A stretch of 64,000 bases of DNA from NCBI GenBank assembly GCA_951406725.2, contig OX597817.1:27404001-27468000 (forward strand), in the 5' to 3' direction. This document shows positions 12,451-26,607 of this stretch, piece by piece. The position numbers and the translations under genes were made by a program. Numbering within the stretch: the first letter of the stretch is position 1; every line of letters begins with the position of its first letter. This DNA is from Octopus vulgaris. Lineage: Eukaryota. The notes under the pieces were generated by a model. It made no database searches, was not told where the DNA came from, and worked only from the letters and a program-made list of their open reading frames with translations.

Positions 12451-15400
12451 AATAGGCATTTTTGTCTTTATTTAGAACGGCGAATCGCATTTAAAGTAGA
12501 GTGGCAGACAATATGGATTTACGTTCATTAGTTATAGTTCGCTATGTTTTGAGATTGAATCATACCGAAGTCCATAAAATAAATATTAAAGTAACGGATT
12601 CAATAGCATCTGTTACATTCAGCACACAAAGATGTGTTTTTACATATGATGGGAACCATTACTGAATTTGTCTTAGCTTTCGTTGTTGTCATCATTGACG
12701 GTGGCGCATCCTGGTTTGGACAAGCACTAAAACTATGGCAATTTTGCGTTAGTCCATCGTACAAAGTGAATGACTAAATCATAACACAGATACATGTTCA
12801 TATCAATAATTTTCTGCTAGACTGTTTTATTTATGATTTTGCTTTTAAAAATCGTTTGTCGGTAGCTGACAAGCAGTTTTATACATTTGATTATTACTAA
12901 GCAACAGCTTCTTATTCTTTGTACAAATAAAATGTAAAACAAAAACAGATCTTTATAACAAGTGCAAACACAAATCTATCTTAAATTGGTGTTCTTTTTA
13001 TGCGTTTACTTTTATTAGCTTAGTCTTGCTTCTAATGTTTACTTCTTTATCCAGGATCGCTATATACGCGACATAGATCAAAGAGATCAAGAAATAATAC
13101 TGGTTTGTAAAAGGATTAAAAACTATTAGGAAGATATAAATGCATCCAGGGTAGCTGGATTTCTAAGAAAAGCATGTCACTATAGTGTTAATAAAACTGA
13201 AGACTTATAAATTTATTGTCGCTTCTGCAAGCTGTGGGAATGGTTGACGGACTCAATAATACGTAGTTGTAAGTAATTATTATTGTGATTAAGCAGCGCT
13301 GGCTTGTTTTGCTTGCTGAGACCTATAACAACAACTGCTGTTTGAGTGATATACTCAATCAATTCTTCCAAACGTAGACTTCCTGTAATTTGGTATTCAT
13401 TTAATTGGTTTAATTTACTGGACTCTGGTTTTGCTCTTACAAAAGAGTAAAGAATATCGACTGGCAATACTTTATCGATCTAGAGAGGAAAAGACAAAGT
13501 TGAACTGGGTGGAATTTTAAATGGAAAGGAAGGTAAACAAATACAAAGGCTAATTTGTCAGTTATATTACTATTTGTCATACTTCGTAAGTCATATTTAA
13601 GCAAGTTTCTATATGCAATTTGTTGCCAATTTAGACAAAGTTTGCTACTAAAAAGAACTTTACTTCATGGTGATATCGCTAATGCTTGTAATTGATGCAA
13701 TGTAGATGGTAAATATTATGCTCGTTTTCATGTTCAAAGATACTCATGCTCAGCGGAGGGAACATCGTTAGAATATCTATTTTAAGTATTATTTTAATTA
13801 TCTATAAAAATAACATAGCTACCGCCTTCTCCATAATGGCCGAGTCAATTAGGAAGCCTCAATATGGTCGCTGGACCTCTTAGAAATAGCAGCTAAAGGG
13901 CTCAGAATTTGATTATGTTGTCTTGATATACAACATTCAAGAAAACGATGGAGTATTCATTTGACATGTCTGCATTAAATTCGATTGTCTGCCAGAGCAG
14001 ACATTGGAGCCAACCGACATCAACAAATCTATACTGATGAGATACGAATGTTTATATTAACAATTTGGTGTTTGCTATTATCAAGATTTCATTCTCTTTT
14101 CTCTCTCGTATCATTGACGTTACACATGAAACTTTTTTGCTGATGGTGCAATTATCTGACAGTTATCTAAAATTTAAAGAGGAACATGAAATAAAATTAC
14201 TAAAATTATCGCAATAGAAAGAGAATGTATAAGATTGATTACATAATATTCTCATTTACAGTTATTTTACCAAAAGTAATTGAAATCTAATCATGATCCT
14301 GGTCTACATAATCACCGTCTAACAAGAGGAATAAATTCGGGTGTCGAAGCGCTTTAATTATATAGATATTTTTGATTTTTAAAAAATACTAGGCTAGGTT
14401 CCAATTCTGATCTTGGTTTGGTATAATTAGCAAGCAGAATGTAGGCAAAATGAATACAAATGGGCAGTTCAGCTCTCCTTTTGCTAATAACTTCATCACT
14501 GCTACAAACACACTCCTGTGGTAATCAAATAACCATAAAACAACTTGAACCCATGCTTTGTCCAAGTCTTGAGATTTTATTCATAACTCTGTTATGAGAT
14601 AGAAGAATAAAAAAAAATTGTTTTCACATCTTCATTCAATTCTAATGCTTCGTAACTCATTGTAATGCCTCAGAACATCTTTCAAAATTTTAATAAGACA
14701 ACAAGAATCATGGACGATCCTAGGTGTGCAATTGTCAAGTCAATCACACTTGAAGATAGTAAACCTGCACTCGCAAATTAAGTAGAAAAAAATTGATCTA
14801 ATGTAAATATTTCAGAAGCTACAGAACGTTAGAGGTCCCTGCAAATGCTACGTATTCTGCACCACTTGTAATACTCTGATCCTGCCAACACAAGCTTCAG
14901 CAATGGTTCGACGAAAACAACACTGAAATTAAATGTGACTTAGGTTGCATACTGACGGGCTTAAATAATTTGCATGCTTGCCACCTTATTGGGTTAGCAG
15001 GCATTTCAGCTAGATATCGTCTCTTCGTCAACTTTTCAACATATGAGAGTAATGCCATAACTATTCTGCTGAAAGAATCACACAGGCTACAATGTTTCAA
15101 CCATGAACACATGAAAAACATTTCGTGTAAATTTGAAATTGAAACCTTTCTATCCATTTGTATTCTCTTCTGACAATGTTTCATTGAAATATTAGTTACA
15201 GACAACTAACACGAATATATCTGAAGTCAAGATTGTAACTCTTCATATGTGATTCCATTAATCAATACTTTTACGAAGCATTCTCTGCTTTATAGGATCA
15301 TGTCTCACTTTCGAAATTGCCAGCTCACTCTCTAAAGGATTCTCGTTCATTTTCAATTTAATTTATTTTACAAAGTAAATGTTTCTTTTTATAATAAAAG

Positions 15401-16954
15401 TAATTTGTCTTCAATGATGATGTCAGTCAGATATAAGCTTTTACTTTATAACCGATTCCAGCGCGAAATTTTGACAAAAGACAGCAACAAAATGTTGTTC
15501 AATATACAGCAATATACGAATCTGCCATCATAAATTTTTCTTTCCGCAAAATTCTCAATTTAGAACAATAACAGGAAGAAACAACAAACCGTAAAGCTTT
15601 CGACTGGGTAATGCTGATAATTGGCTCTAAGATTATGATCAAGTAGAATGAAATTGAATTATCATTGACGATTCCTTGCACAGCATTAGCGATAGTGAAT
15701 TTTGATAGATGTTTAAGCTCTGCAAGATCATGTTTATGGCAACTGGTCGAACGATAAAAACAAATGGTGGCAGCCAACACTCTTCATTGCCTAGATATGT
15801 CTAGCTTTGATTGCCACCCATTGAGGAAGGACAAATCTAATTATTGGCTTTTTGGATAAAGATCTTGAATTTATCATTTCTCACTCAGAACTAATCTTGT
15901 TATTTCTGGAGGAAAATAATACAAATAAAAAATAAATGAAAAGAACAAAGGAACCAACGGCAAAAAATAACCGGAATGGAATTCTAAAACATAAAATAAA
16001 TCTTCAACAGACCGAAACGGTTGTTAGTAGAAATATTCAATCTTAGTAGATATCAAAGGTTGTAATAGCCAGTGAAAATGCAGAAAAAGTCTCTGAATGA
16101 GAGAGCATAATACAATGAGAAGAGGAGACAGAGAATCTATAAAAGAGGGGAGTTAAGTGTGCGAGCTTATAGAAAAAAGATAGACGGAAAACGGAAATAT
16201 GTTGTGATAGGGAACGAGAAAAGGGGGAGAAATATTATTGCACTTTAAACTAAGAAGGGAGTGAAGAAGGGGAAAAATGAACACGGTGATATGGAGGAAG
16301 AAAGAATAAAATTAGAGGAATGAGAAGTAGATACACAGACAGGGATACACACTCTCGCATACATATCTATAGGAAAAGCAAAAGGGATAGAAAGTGACCA
16401 CGAGCGCATGCAGAATATATATGGTGTTTGCGTTGGTGTATGAATGTGCGTTACAAATAAGATAACGAATGAAAAATTAATGCATGTGTACTGGAAATTG
16501 ATTATTGCGTTAATAAATAATAAATGATCACTCATATGCAGGTGCTGTCATAGAAATATAATTGATCCATTGAATATTATTTTTCATTCAAAAATTTTGC
16601 CTAAATTCCCTTTTTTTTATCGTGAAAATGTCATTATCATTTGAATAGATGCCACGCGTGAGCTGTCCGATTGCATATCTATCCAGCAACAGATCTACAT
16701 CAAGCACGTGTAAAAGTACGTTTGTGGTTATTTATATTTAATATCAGAATAATTTTCAGTTTAAATTACAATATGTTTGTTATAAAGAGAGTAAGAGAGA
16801 GGGAGAAAGATGTCAGAGTGCACGAATCGATTTTAGAAGTATGTGTGATAAAAATATTATTTTGTGGGCAAAAATTACTCTTGTAGAGAAGATACCACTT
16901 TCCGTTTAATTGTTCCCTTAAGCTCACAGATTTAATTCATAAATAGTAAACTTT

Positions 16955-17290
16955 TATCACTTTCATGAACAGTGATTTCAAAAGAATCATCCTTTAGTTT
17001 CACGATACTGCGGCCTTTCTACAGTATAGAATCACAATCGGTCCTCATATTAAAGGAACAATCCAATCAATAATTTCCCATCTGGGACAAAACGCTCTTG
17101 TAATACAGAAAGTCACAAAAGACTTGATCTCGAGATCAGCAAGATCTCGAAATCACCAATTTTCTTTCTTAGTGAACCATTAAGTTCATAACATAGATAA
17201 CTGTGTATTTCAACGGCTAGCTTTACACTTCCAGTCAGAAAATATTTGAACGCTAATGAATTTCTAACTCTCTGCAATGTTCACATAGAT
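16955..17290. repeat. Unclassified dispersed repeat, second copy at 25735-26225
   Basis: Shared blocks CATCCTTTAGTTTCAC, AATCGGTCCTCATATTAAAG, AGATAACTGTGTATT. Confidence 0.7.
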
Positions 17291-18620
17291 CTACTGTACA
17301 GTACAGCACCCACGTCTAGAAAATGGGTGTAGATACTTATACAAGTAATGTTTAAACCCCTTAGAAATAAAAGCCACTCACTTTATTGGAAAATGCTTGC
17401 CACCACGTTATAATCTGTGTTGTTTCCTTTACAGAAGTGTATATTTGCGTATGAAATTTATTAATCTCACCGAAATCATCCGATTCTTGATCGATGTGCT
17501 TCACCAGCCATAACCCCCTAAAAGCTAGGTTTAATTCATCTTTCCTTTAACGTCATCCCTCTGGAATTTCTTTCGGGCCAACATATTTTTTGCAGTGGTC
17601 TGTTTGGAGATTATCGTGCATGAAATGTTTAGATTTCATCGGTAAAAACGTCAGAGGTCTGATCCTTTCTCCAGTGTAATCCATTAAAAACTAAGAACGC
17701 AGAGAGCTGAAACGATTACAAAAAGTCGTTCCGTTCAACGTTGTAATGATCCACCAGTCACTACCATAGACCGGCACTTACTTTACCGGATCTGGAAGAA
17801 TGAAAGGCAAATTTGACCTCTTCAGAATAAAACGGGGCCGAATAAAGGCAGAAATAATTTAGCCTATATCACAATTCACTGAACTCAAGCAGTGTTGACA
17901 TCAACGTGAGCAAGTATACTAAGCGTAACTCCTGTGAAAATAAAAGAGCTAAGAATAAAAATGAAAGCGGATTTGTATGAGAGTTGTTGATTACATCTCT
18001 CACTACATGCTATAAATTATGTACAAATCACTGATCAGATGTTGAAATGTATATTTTAACAGACTAGATCGATCGTAGTATTGGAGTTTTGCAAGTTTAT
18101 TGTGATTTTTCAAACAAGGCATTTCAATTGCCACTGAAGTCTGGCACTAAATGTACTCAGACCAGTGAGAATTTCATCTAATGGTGTCAATAATTACATT
18201 AAGCAGATATCGCTTATTTAAAGTATAGAATGCACAACTTCAAATTAGAAGCGTATTATGAATGTAAATATTTTATGAATGTAAGTATAGATACCTATTA
18301 CTCCCACCTCTCTCTTTTCTTTCTCACTCCCCACATATATGTACACATTTTGATGGGCTGTTTAGTTTCGTATACCACGTAATCTTCTATAAATTCATTC
18401 TAAGACAAGATTCCTTCTGTATTTCGCATCAATGTGTTTTCCACTACTTTCGAGAAATTGCAATCATCTACATTAAAAGGGTTTCTCAATTTTGAAATCC
18501 TTCAGAAGAAGAATGTCATTTTTTGATCGATCTTCTTTAATCTCAATAAAAATTCATGCTAGTTACACATTTTCAGAGCCTGCTTATATTTTCTTGTGAA
18601 TTCAAGTCAGATAGCATAGT

Positions 18621-18621
<1 letters not shown>

Positions 18622-18665
<44 letters not shown>

Positions 18666-18670
18666 ATATG

Positions 18671-18737
<67 letters not shown>

Positions 18738-18754
18738 GTCTGCCTCTCTGTCTG

Positions 18755-18815
<61 letters not shown>

Positions 18816-18828
18816 TTATCTATCTATA
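18622..18828. repeat. (CT)n + (CTAT)n microsatellite
   Basis: Direct reading. Confidence 0.95.
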
Positions 18829-19101
18829 TACATATTTAAAATCACAATAAGGGTGAAAAAAATTGAATATTAATTAATAACATCAATTTAAAACACCAAG
18901 TGGCCTAGCGTATAAAAAGTCTGGGATACAGTAAAAATTATTAATACAAGTAATAAGAGAGAGACCACATGTGGTCACTCTAACGCTAGATATAGATCCG
19001 CAAAGGGAATCCACCACTAAAGAATTGTTCTCAAGTATTAATTTAACACGCCAAGAATGTAAGCGGGCAGGACAAGTGAAAAATAACGAAAAAATAGATT
19101 A

Positions 19102-19177
19102 ACTCTATACAATTGTTTCATCGTTAATAGATTGTGTAATTTTATTTACATAATCATTTTCGAATCTTCAGTAGAGT
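19102..19177 (-). ncRNA. Type I hammerhead ribozyme motif
   Basis: ACTCTA-CTGAAGA-[long stem II]-GAAAC-AATT-GTA-TAGAGT: perfect 6-bp stem I, palindromic ACAATTGT stem III, GUA cleavage triplet. Confidence 0.75.
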
Positions 19178-19337
19178 ATATCAAAAATATAATTTGCTGA
19201 ACCGAACACCAAAATCCATACGAAGCCGAGCAAAGGGTATTTGAACGTAACTGAAAATATAATCGGCTGTGCCGTTCGCCTTTGCTCGGCTTCGTATGAA
19301 TTTTGGCGTTCGGTTCAGCAAATTATATTTTTGATAT

Positions 19338-19413
19338 ACTCTACTGAAGATTCGAAAATGATTATGTAAGTAAAATTACACAATCTATTAACGATGAAAC
19401 AATTGTATAAAGT
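19338..19413 (+). ncRNA. Type I hammerhead ribozyme motif (mirror copy)
   Basis: ACTCTA-CTGAAGA(19344-50)...GAAAC(19396-400)-AATT-GTA-TAAAGT; one stem I mismatch. Confidence 0.7.
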
Positions 19414-20211
19414 TAATCTATTTTTTCGTTATTTTTCACTTGTCCTGCCCGCTTACATTCTTGGCGTGTTAAATTAATACTTGAGAACAATTCTTTAGTG
19501 GTGGATTCCCTTTGCGGATCTATATCTAGCGTTAGAGTGACCACATGTTGTCTCTCTCTTATTACTTGTATCTACTTATTTATCTCTCTCTTTCTCTCTC
19601 CTTCTCTTTCTCCCCTTCCTTTCTCTGAAAAACTTTCTTAAACTTACATATACATTTCTAAACTTCTGTGCATTTTATGAATACATCACAGATTATTTCT
19701 CGGTAAATTCCATTGTGTGCATTAGTGGGGTATTTTAACGAAATATACCTTACTTGAATATTTCAAACTGAACTTTTGCAAATTTATTCACTGAATTTTG
19801 TCATATTTTTCTCAGAGTTCGTGAAATTTTACTCTATATTTTGCCTGAATCAACATTTTACCTGTTATAATTTCCTCTATATTTGCGTGAACACAAAATC
19901 AGCTTTTGTTCTGTATATTTCGTTTTGGCATGCGTCATGTTTTCCCTGCTATCCAGCCGAACTCGATATCTAGGTTTTGTTATTCTACATGATATCGGTT
20001 AGTATTATTTTACCCTGGCTACCTCATCCTTAATAATGTCAGAATTGATCATTTCATCAGAAACGATCTGAATTCAAAAGGTTAAATTTAGGAACCATAC
20101 AAGAATTCATCTTTGTTAAAAATGCAAACGATGTCACAAATAATGAGGTCCCAAAATGATAGATAACTTGATATCAGATCTTGCATCGAGTATGGGAGAA
20201 TAATAATTCTG

Positions 20212-20312
20212 TACATACATACATACATACATACACATACACACACACACACATACATACATACATACATACATACATACATACATACATACATACATAC
20301 ATACATACATAC
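20212..20312. repeat. (TACA)n microsatellite
   Basis: Direct reading. Confidence 0.9.
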
Positions 20313-21472
20313 TTTGTATACTATGAATTCACATTTATGCTAATAATAATTGGAGCACTACGTTTTGTTAGTAAATGCTTAAAGGAGAATGTAGATAAGC
20401 TGGGATTTTTCAGAAAAAGAAATCGACCGGCTAATTCGTGCATTAAAAGTGCAAGCTGTGAGTGAAACAATAAAAATATGCAAGACTTTCTCAAGTTCCA
20501 AATGTGAATTTGTCTGTGCTAATTACATCCCAAAGATGGAGCTTTGTACCTTTGTTGGAAACCGGCTCCTTCTTCAGTGGAAGATTTATAATAATTAAAA
20601 ACTAGAAGTCACATACATTCACTCATTTATACATAGATGCATGCATGTATGCATGCATGTATGCATGCATGCATACATACACACAATATACATACATATG
20701 TACGTATTATATTATGCATACGTACGTACATGCATAATATACATACATACGTACGTATATATATTAATAGATAATGTAAACGAAATAGCAACAGAAGATC
20801 GATGGAGTTATAAGTACTAAAATATTATATTTTCCTTCGTTGTGACTGTGTTAGCCGATGCATAGGTACATACGTCCATATGTTATCATTGTCAAAAGAC
20901 TGCACGCTGAATGCGAATTCAAGCATATTCTTTTACAGTCTCATAACTTAACCCTAAATTCTATACTGATCGAAAACTATCTAAATGGGTGCAAGTAACC
21001 TACAAGACTCCAGGTTTAACACTTGCATTATATCTATTTTGCTTTATATTAGCTACGTGTCTCTTTAAGCGTTCAAATTTCGAGCTATCATTCTCTTTGC
21101 GCTCTACTGACGAAGGTAACAGACTTAGATACATATTCGTTATTCCTGTCTATTCTTTAATTTCTTACTCGTTATCCTGCTACTTATGAAGAGTGAAATT
21201 ACCAAGATACCTTCAGGTGCTTTGGTGCTGACGCATGAAACAAGAAGACGATAAATGGTGATGGAGTGACCGTCTTGTTGTTTTGCCGTCTTTATTCCGG
21301 CAATCTTTTGTTCAAATTTTTTGGCAGAAATAAGGAGAGATTAACGCTAGATTTAGTAATCTAGCCCTTCGATTCAGCTCAGGTTTGCATTTTCCCATAA
21401 AGTCTTTACATTTACTTTGTAAAGTGGTTGATGGCAAACGTGGATGCCTGCCTATCTATGCAGCAGAAGCAA

Positions 21473-21618
21473 TTATTTCTGTATTGCCCACAAGGGGCTA
21501 AACATAGAGGGGACAAACAAGGACATTAAACAAGGGATTAAGTCGATTACATCGACCCCAGTGCGTAACTGGTACTTAATTTATCGAGCTCGAAAGGATG
21601 AAAGGCAAAGTCGACCTC
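21473..21618 (-). mobile_element. SINE family A fragment
   Basis: Near-identical to the internal unit of 7815-8395; truncated at GTCGACCTC. Confidence 0.85.
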
Positions 21619-22310
21619 ACATCACCTAATAATATCAGAGATCTAGGATTAATTGTTGACAACAATCCCAGCTGGAGTGGCCACATCAAAAATACAGTCA
21701 ATAATGCTCGTATGATGCATCCTAAGAACCTGCTGTTCCCTTTGGTGTCTCCATACAAAACAAAACATTTCGAAAACTGAATCACCCCAAATGTCATTCA
21801 CTAAAACAATTAAGGGCATAACTGATCTCGATTATTGGGACCGCCTTAAAGCATTGAAACTCTTTTCCCTCCAGCGCCGCCGTGAGCGATACATCATTTG
21901 CACGATGTGGAGAATAAACCACTAGCTTTGCCCAAACACCGTCAACATTAGCTTCAGAATTCATCCTAGGCTAGGAACTCAGGCCATACATCCCTTACCC
22001 AATTCAGGATCACAACACATAAATATACTGCATCACACTTTCTTTTCCTCAACAGGCCCTTCCCTATTTAACATTGTCCCAAAACAGATCAAAGAAGACA
22101 AGGATCCCATCGCCTTTAAACGGATCTGGACAAATTGTCTCACAGAATTCCAGATAAGTCACCTATATCTGAATATAACTCACTAAAGAACTCCCTACTC
22201 AAATGGGCCATGATACCACAAATCTTGACTTGAAAAGGAATTAGCCAATCCTAATCAGTTAGATATGGCCTGGACTAATCTTTGGGTCGAAACATATCAA
22301 AGTTATTTAA
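21618..22310 (+). mobile_element. CR1-group LINE 3' fragment
   Basis: IRDLGLIVDNNPSWSGHI...DYWDRLKALKLFSLQRRRERYII (post-RT region of CR1-group LINEs); 3' end GAAACATATCAAAGT. The same terminus with an (ATCAAAGT)3 tail is at 34158-34237. Confidence 0.8.
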
Positions 22311-22312
22311 GT

Positions 22313-22339
22313 GTGTGTGTGTATGTATTCATATATATA

Positions 22340-22386
<47 letters not shown>

Positions 22387-22431
22387 GTATATGTGTGTGC
22401 ATATATATGTGTGCATATATATGTATGCATA

Positions 22432-22488
<57 letters not shown>
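22313..22488. repeat. (TA)n/(TG)n microsatellite
   Basis: Direct reading. Confidence 0.9.
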
Positions 22489-22490
<2 letters not shown>

Positions 22491-22565
22491 CGGGAAGCTT
22501 TATGAAAATAAACAAAAGACGAAGGCAGGTGGAAAACAAACGATACACACACACAAATAGATATT

Positions 22566-22779
22566 CTATTTTTCTACTCCATGCACAAACCCCGAAATTT
22601 GGGGGGAGGGTTTCAGTCGATTAGATCGACCTCAGTACGCTGCTACTTATTTAATCGACTCCGAAATGATGAAAGGTAAAGTCGACATCGGCGGAATTTG
22701 AACTCACAACGTAGCGGCAGACGAAATACCGCTACGCATTTCGCCCGGCGTGATAACGTTTTTACCAACTCGCCGCCTT
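22566..22779 (-). mobile_element. SINE family A, monomer
   Basis: Head, B-box, one core and tail; TSD-like ACA(A/C)ATAGATATT flanks. Confidence 0.85.
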
Positions 22780-23454
22780 ACAAACACATAGATATTGCGT
22801 ATGTTATTGTTGCTGTTGGCGATGTGTATTCCCTTTTCAAGAAGGGTCAAATATTTTGATGGTCAATAATACTTTGTTACCATTCTGCTTTTTGAGGACC
22901 ATTCTATTTTTTGTTACCACTGATTTTTGTGGGCCTTGTCCTGTTTTTATTAAAGGTTGTAGCACGATGTTCGTGATAGTATTGCTTGTTGTTCTAACAT
23001 GTTGGGCAACCAGATACTAGCTATATCGCACATACATATAATGCATATTATGAACTAATGTGTAGCCGTTTTATATGAGTAAGCATTAACTGAATTTCTA
23101 CACTGACAATAATTTCATTAAATAGAAAATACTGATGGTCTTCATGTGAATATCTAGTTCGAATTAGAAGCAGTTATAATAAGCATCTGAAATGATCGTA
23201 ACAATGAATTAAACATTGTGCAACAAGTTTCAGAAATTAATTAGCAGGTTTGTATTTAAATTATATATCATTAGACATTTTCTAATTTTTACTCAATTTA
23301 TTACAACTTTAGATTTTTGTAAATGTAGAAGAAACTAAATGTACCTATAAAATAAATTCACATGAATAAAAAAAAATTAGAAACAAATTTTTTATTTTAT
23401 TTAAGAGCTAATTAAATTCAAAAGGTAATTTACATACATATAGACATGAGCATG

Positions 23455-23468
23455 TAAATATATATGTG

Positions 23469-23530
<62 letters not shown>

Positions 23531-23805
23531 GAGAGAGAGAGAGAGAGGGAGCAAGAGAGAGATAGAGAGAGAGAGAGCAAGAGAGAGATATAGAGAAAGA
23601 GACCGGATAGATAGATAGAAAGATATACATATATATGTACAAGTACACGTAGATATATTTATATATACCTACCTATATATATTTGTCTATCTATCTGTCT
23701 ATACATAAATATATATATATATATTTATTTATATACACATATATATGTACATATATATATATATGTCTATATATACATATATACACATTTAAATACGTAT
23801 ATCTA

Positions 23806-23895
<90 letters not shown>
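23455..23895. repeat. Compound (TA)n/(GA)n microsatellite
   Basis: Direct reading; similar tracts at 24395-24500 and 27452-27617. Confidence 0.9.
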
Positions 23896-23898
<3 letters not shown>

Positions 23899-24392
23899 GA
23901 TAAAATTATAAATATTACCTTGATCAGATCGAGTTAAGTGCAACAATAAACCATTAGGATGAAGAATATTGAATGAATATGGACTATAATTGAAACAGCT
24001 AATAGAAATGCCGTTTATACAATATTTAAAGCTGGCATGTAAGAAGGGAAAAAAATTAAATTTTAAACAGTAAACTATAAACAGTTAATTTGCATTTTGA
24101 AAAAGTACATAAACATATGGTTAAACTGGAATTACATTAATGTGTAAAAGATCTAATGAATGGGTGTTCTTGATGTAAAATTAAAAAATTCTTAATATTT
24201 CGTATTAAATTGATAAAATATAAACATAACTCTTAAAAAAGAGATTATCATAACTGAATGGAAATGAAAATTTGTTTCTCCTTTCGAGTAATCGTACCTT
24301 AATTAAATACAATAATGATAAATCCATCAATACTTGGCACGATATCATGAATATATACATGTACACATATACACATGCAAGTATACGTATAG

Positions 24393-24444
<52 letters not shown>

Positions 24445-25459
24445 GTATATAGACAGAGAGAGAGAGAGAGGTACACACACACACACAGACTGACTGACCG
24501 ACAGACATATATGGACATACATATTTATTCCTTTGTGTCTACACATTACACGAATGTATGAGTGTGTGTATGCGTATATGCGGGCAGCTGTACATATATA
24601 TGTGAATAAATGAATAAAGATATCCAGGCATATGCATATCTACATGCATATTTATACATGAATGCATACATATATATGTGTATATATTGGGAAATGTAAT
24701 ATCCAAAAAGATCATATAGAAATATGTTTAATAGTGGATATTTTATTTGTTGAAACATAATCACAAAATACCTATATATTCAACTATTCATTTGTCATAC
24801 AAAACGCCTATGCTTTATCCAAATGCATGCATGCAAAATGTGTGAGAATTTCATTTGTTCAGTATATTATACAAAAGACATTCAAGAAAGGAGAGGAAGA
24901 ATTGTTAATGTATAACCATAGTTAAGAGTATAGCAAATGCATCATATTGAAAATAACAAGCTCATCTAGTTTGTAAATGCAAATTCTGCAATAAATATTG
25001 ATAAAAGTAATGCAACAATTCTGATATTTGTTCAAATTTTAGAAGTGCGTAATAAGATGTTATACTTACCTCGAGAGAGAAATTGACAGCGTCTGGAATC
25101 AGCAGATTACACGGACGTATTTTCTACAATGAAAGAATCGATTTTGCGATTGTTTATAATTCAATCTTTTGTCTTATCTGTATATTTGGATAGTACTGTG
25201 CCATCTTCTTACTTCAATGGCAACGTATGATACAAGAAGTATTATTAAATCAGGTTTCCGTAAGTTGTTTTTACCTTATGCATCAGTCATAATTGCAAGC
25301 GAGAACATAGCATGGTAGTATAAGTTAGAAGGCTTTGTCTTCTCCTGTTGAAATTGTATTTATTTAAGAGGAAAATGGATGCAATTATACCTCACTTCAA
25401 CGTTACCTTCAATAAAGATCCTATAATATCCACGAACAAGATCTATGATCATACTTATT

Positions 25460-25682
25460 TTCAAATAGGGGTTTAAAATTTTGGCCAAGGCCAACAATTA
25501 CAGAGGGGGACGTAAGTCGATTACATCGACCTCAATTTTTAACTCGTTCTTATTTTATTGACTCCGAAATGATAAAAGGCAAAGTCGACCGCAGTGGAAT
25601 TTGAATGCAGAACGTAAAGATGTACCAAATGTTACTAAACATTTTGCCCAGCATGCTAACGATTCTGCGAGCTCGCTGCCTT
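25460..25682 (-). mobile_element. SINE family A, diverged monomer
   Basis: Colinear with 22566-22779, ending GAGCTCGCTGCCTT on the + strand. Confidence 0.75.
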
Positions 25683-26261
25683 ATACGATAACTAAAATTA
25701 ACAAAGGTTTACATAATTCTAGGCATTTGACTGGAATATGTATCTCTATATAGTAACTTCTTCTACCTATATAGCTATTACAGGAAGAGTACACATTGTG
25801 AGTCAGAAGTACTTTTTCTGTAGTAGACGCTAAAGCCTTTCTCAGTAAAACCTAAGTACATAATAAAGATAATTGTGTATTCCAACCGCTAACTTGATAT
25901 TTCAAATCAGAAAATACTTGAATTCTAATGAACTCTGTAAACTTTCACAACTTCTATGAACAGAGATTTAAAAAGCACCATCCTTTAGTTTCACAGTACT
26001 GTATAAAATCAAAATCGGTCCTCATATTAAAGAAGCAAGTCATTTCTCCATAATTTCTCATCCGGACAATACGATCTTATAAGCGTGAAACCACCACAGA
26101 CGCTAGATCTCAAAGTGAACCCTAAATACATAATACAGATAACTGTGTATTCCAGCTGCTAGAATATATATCTATATACAGTAACTTTCTCCACTTATAT
26201 TTCTGCAACATGAAGAGCACTGCTTGTATCTCCGAGAAATATATTACATTACAGCATCTGT

Positions 26262-26595
26262 GTGAAGGTGCATGGCTCAGTGGTTAGAGCTTCGAGCTTA
26301 CGATCGAGAGGTTGTGAGCTCGAATTCCGGACCGGGCTGCGTGTTTTATTCTTGAGCAAGAAACACTATTTCACGTTGCTCCAGTTCACTCAGCTATAGA
26401 AATGAGTTGCGACGTCACAGGTGCCAAGCTGTATCGGCCTTTGTCTTTTCCCTTGGACAACATCGGTGACGTGGAGAGGGGAGGCCGGTATGTATGCTGG
26501 TCTTCCTTAAAAAACCTTGCCTGGACTTGTGCCTGGGGGGGGGGGGTAACTTTTTAGGTGCAATCCTATGGTCAGTCACGGCCGAAGGGGGCCTC
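26262..26595 (+). mobile_element. tRNA-derived SINE family C
   Basis: A-box TGGCTCAGTGG, B-box-like GCTCGAATTCC, CTTGAGCAAG body; perfect 11-bp TSD ACAGCATCTGT (26251-26261 / 26596-26606). Confidence 0.85.
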
Positions 26596-26607
26596 ACAGC
26601 ATCTGTA

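Larger units (their letters stand above)
18945..19570. repeat. Near-perfect long inverted repeat (two 292-bp arms, 42-bp spacer), probably inverted Penelope-like pLTRs
   Basis: 18945-19236 is the reverse complement of 19279-19570, with about 5 mismatches counted by eye. Confidence 0.95.

Noticed and set aside
20555-20580. Minus-strand CTGAAGAAGGAGCC as a hammerhead
   Set aside because: No properly placed GAAA or stem I partner; the same applies to CTGACGA at ~21108 and CTGATGA at ~35335.
20636-20760. Palindromic (ATGC)n/(TACG)n stretch
   Set aside because: Self-complementarity is intrinsic to these simple repeats.
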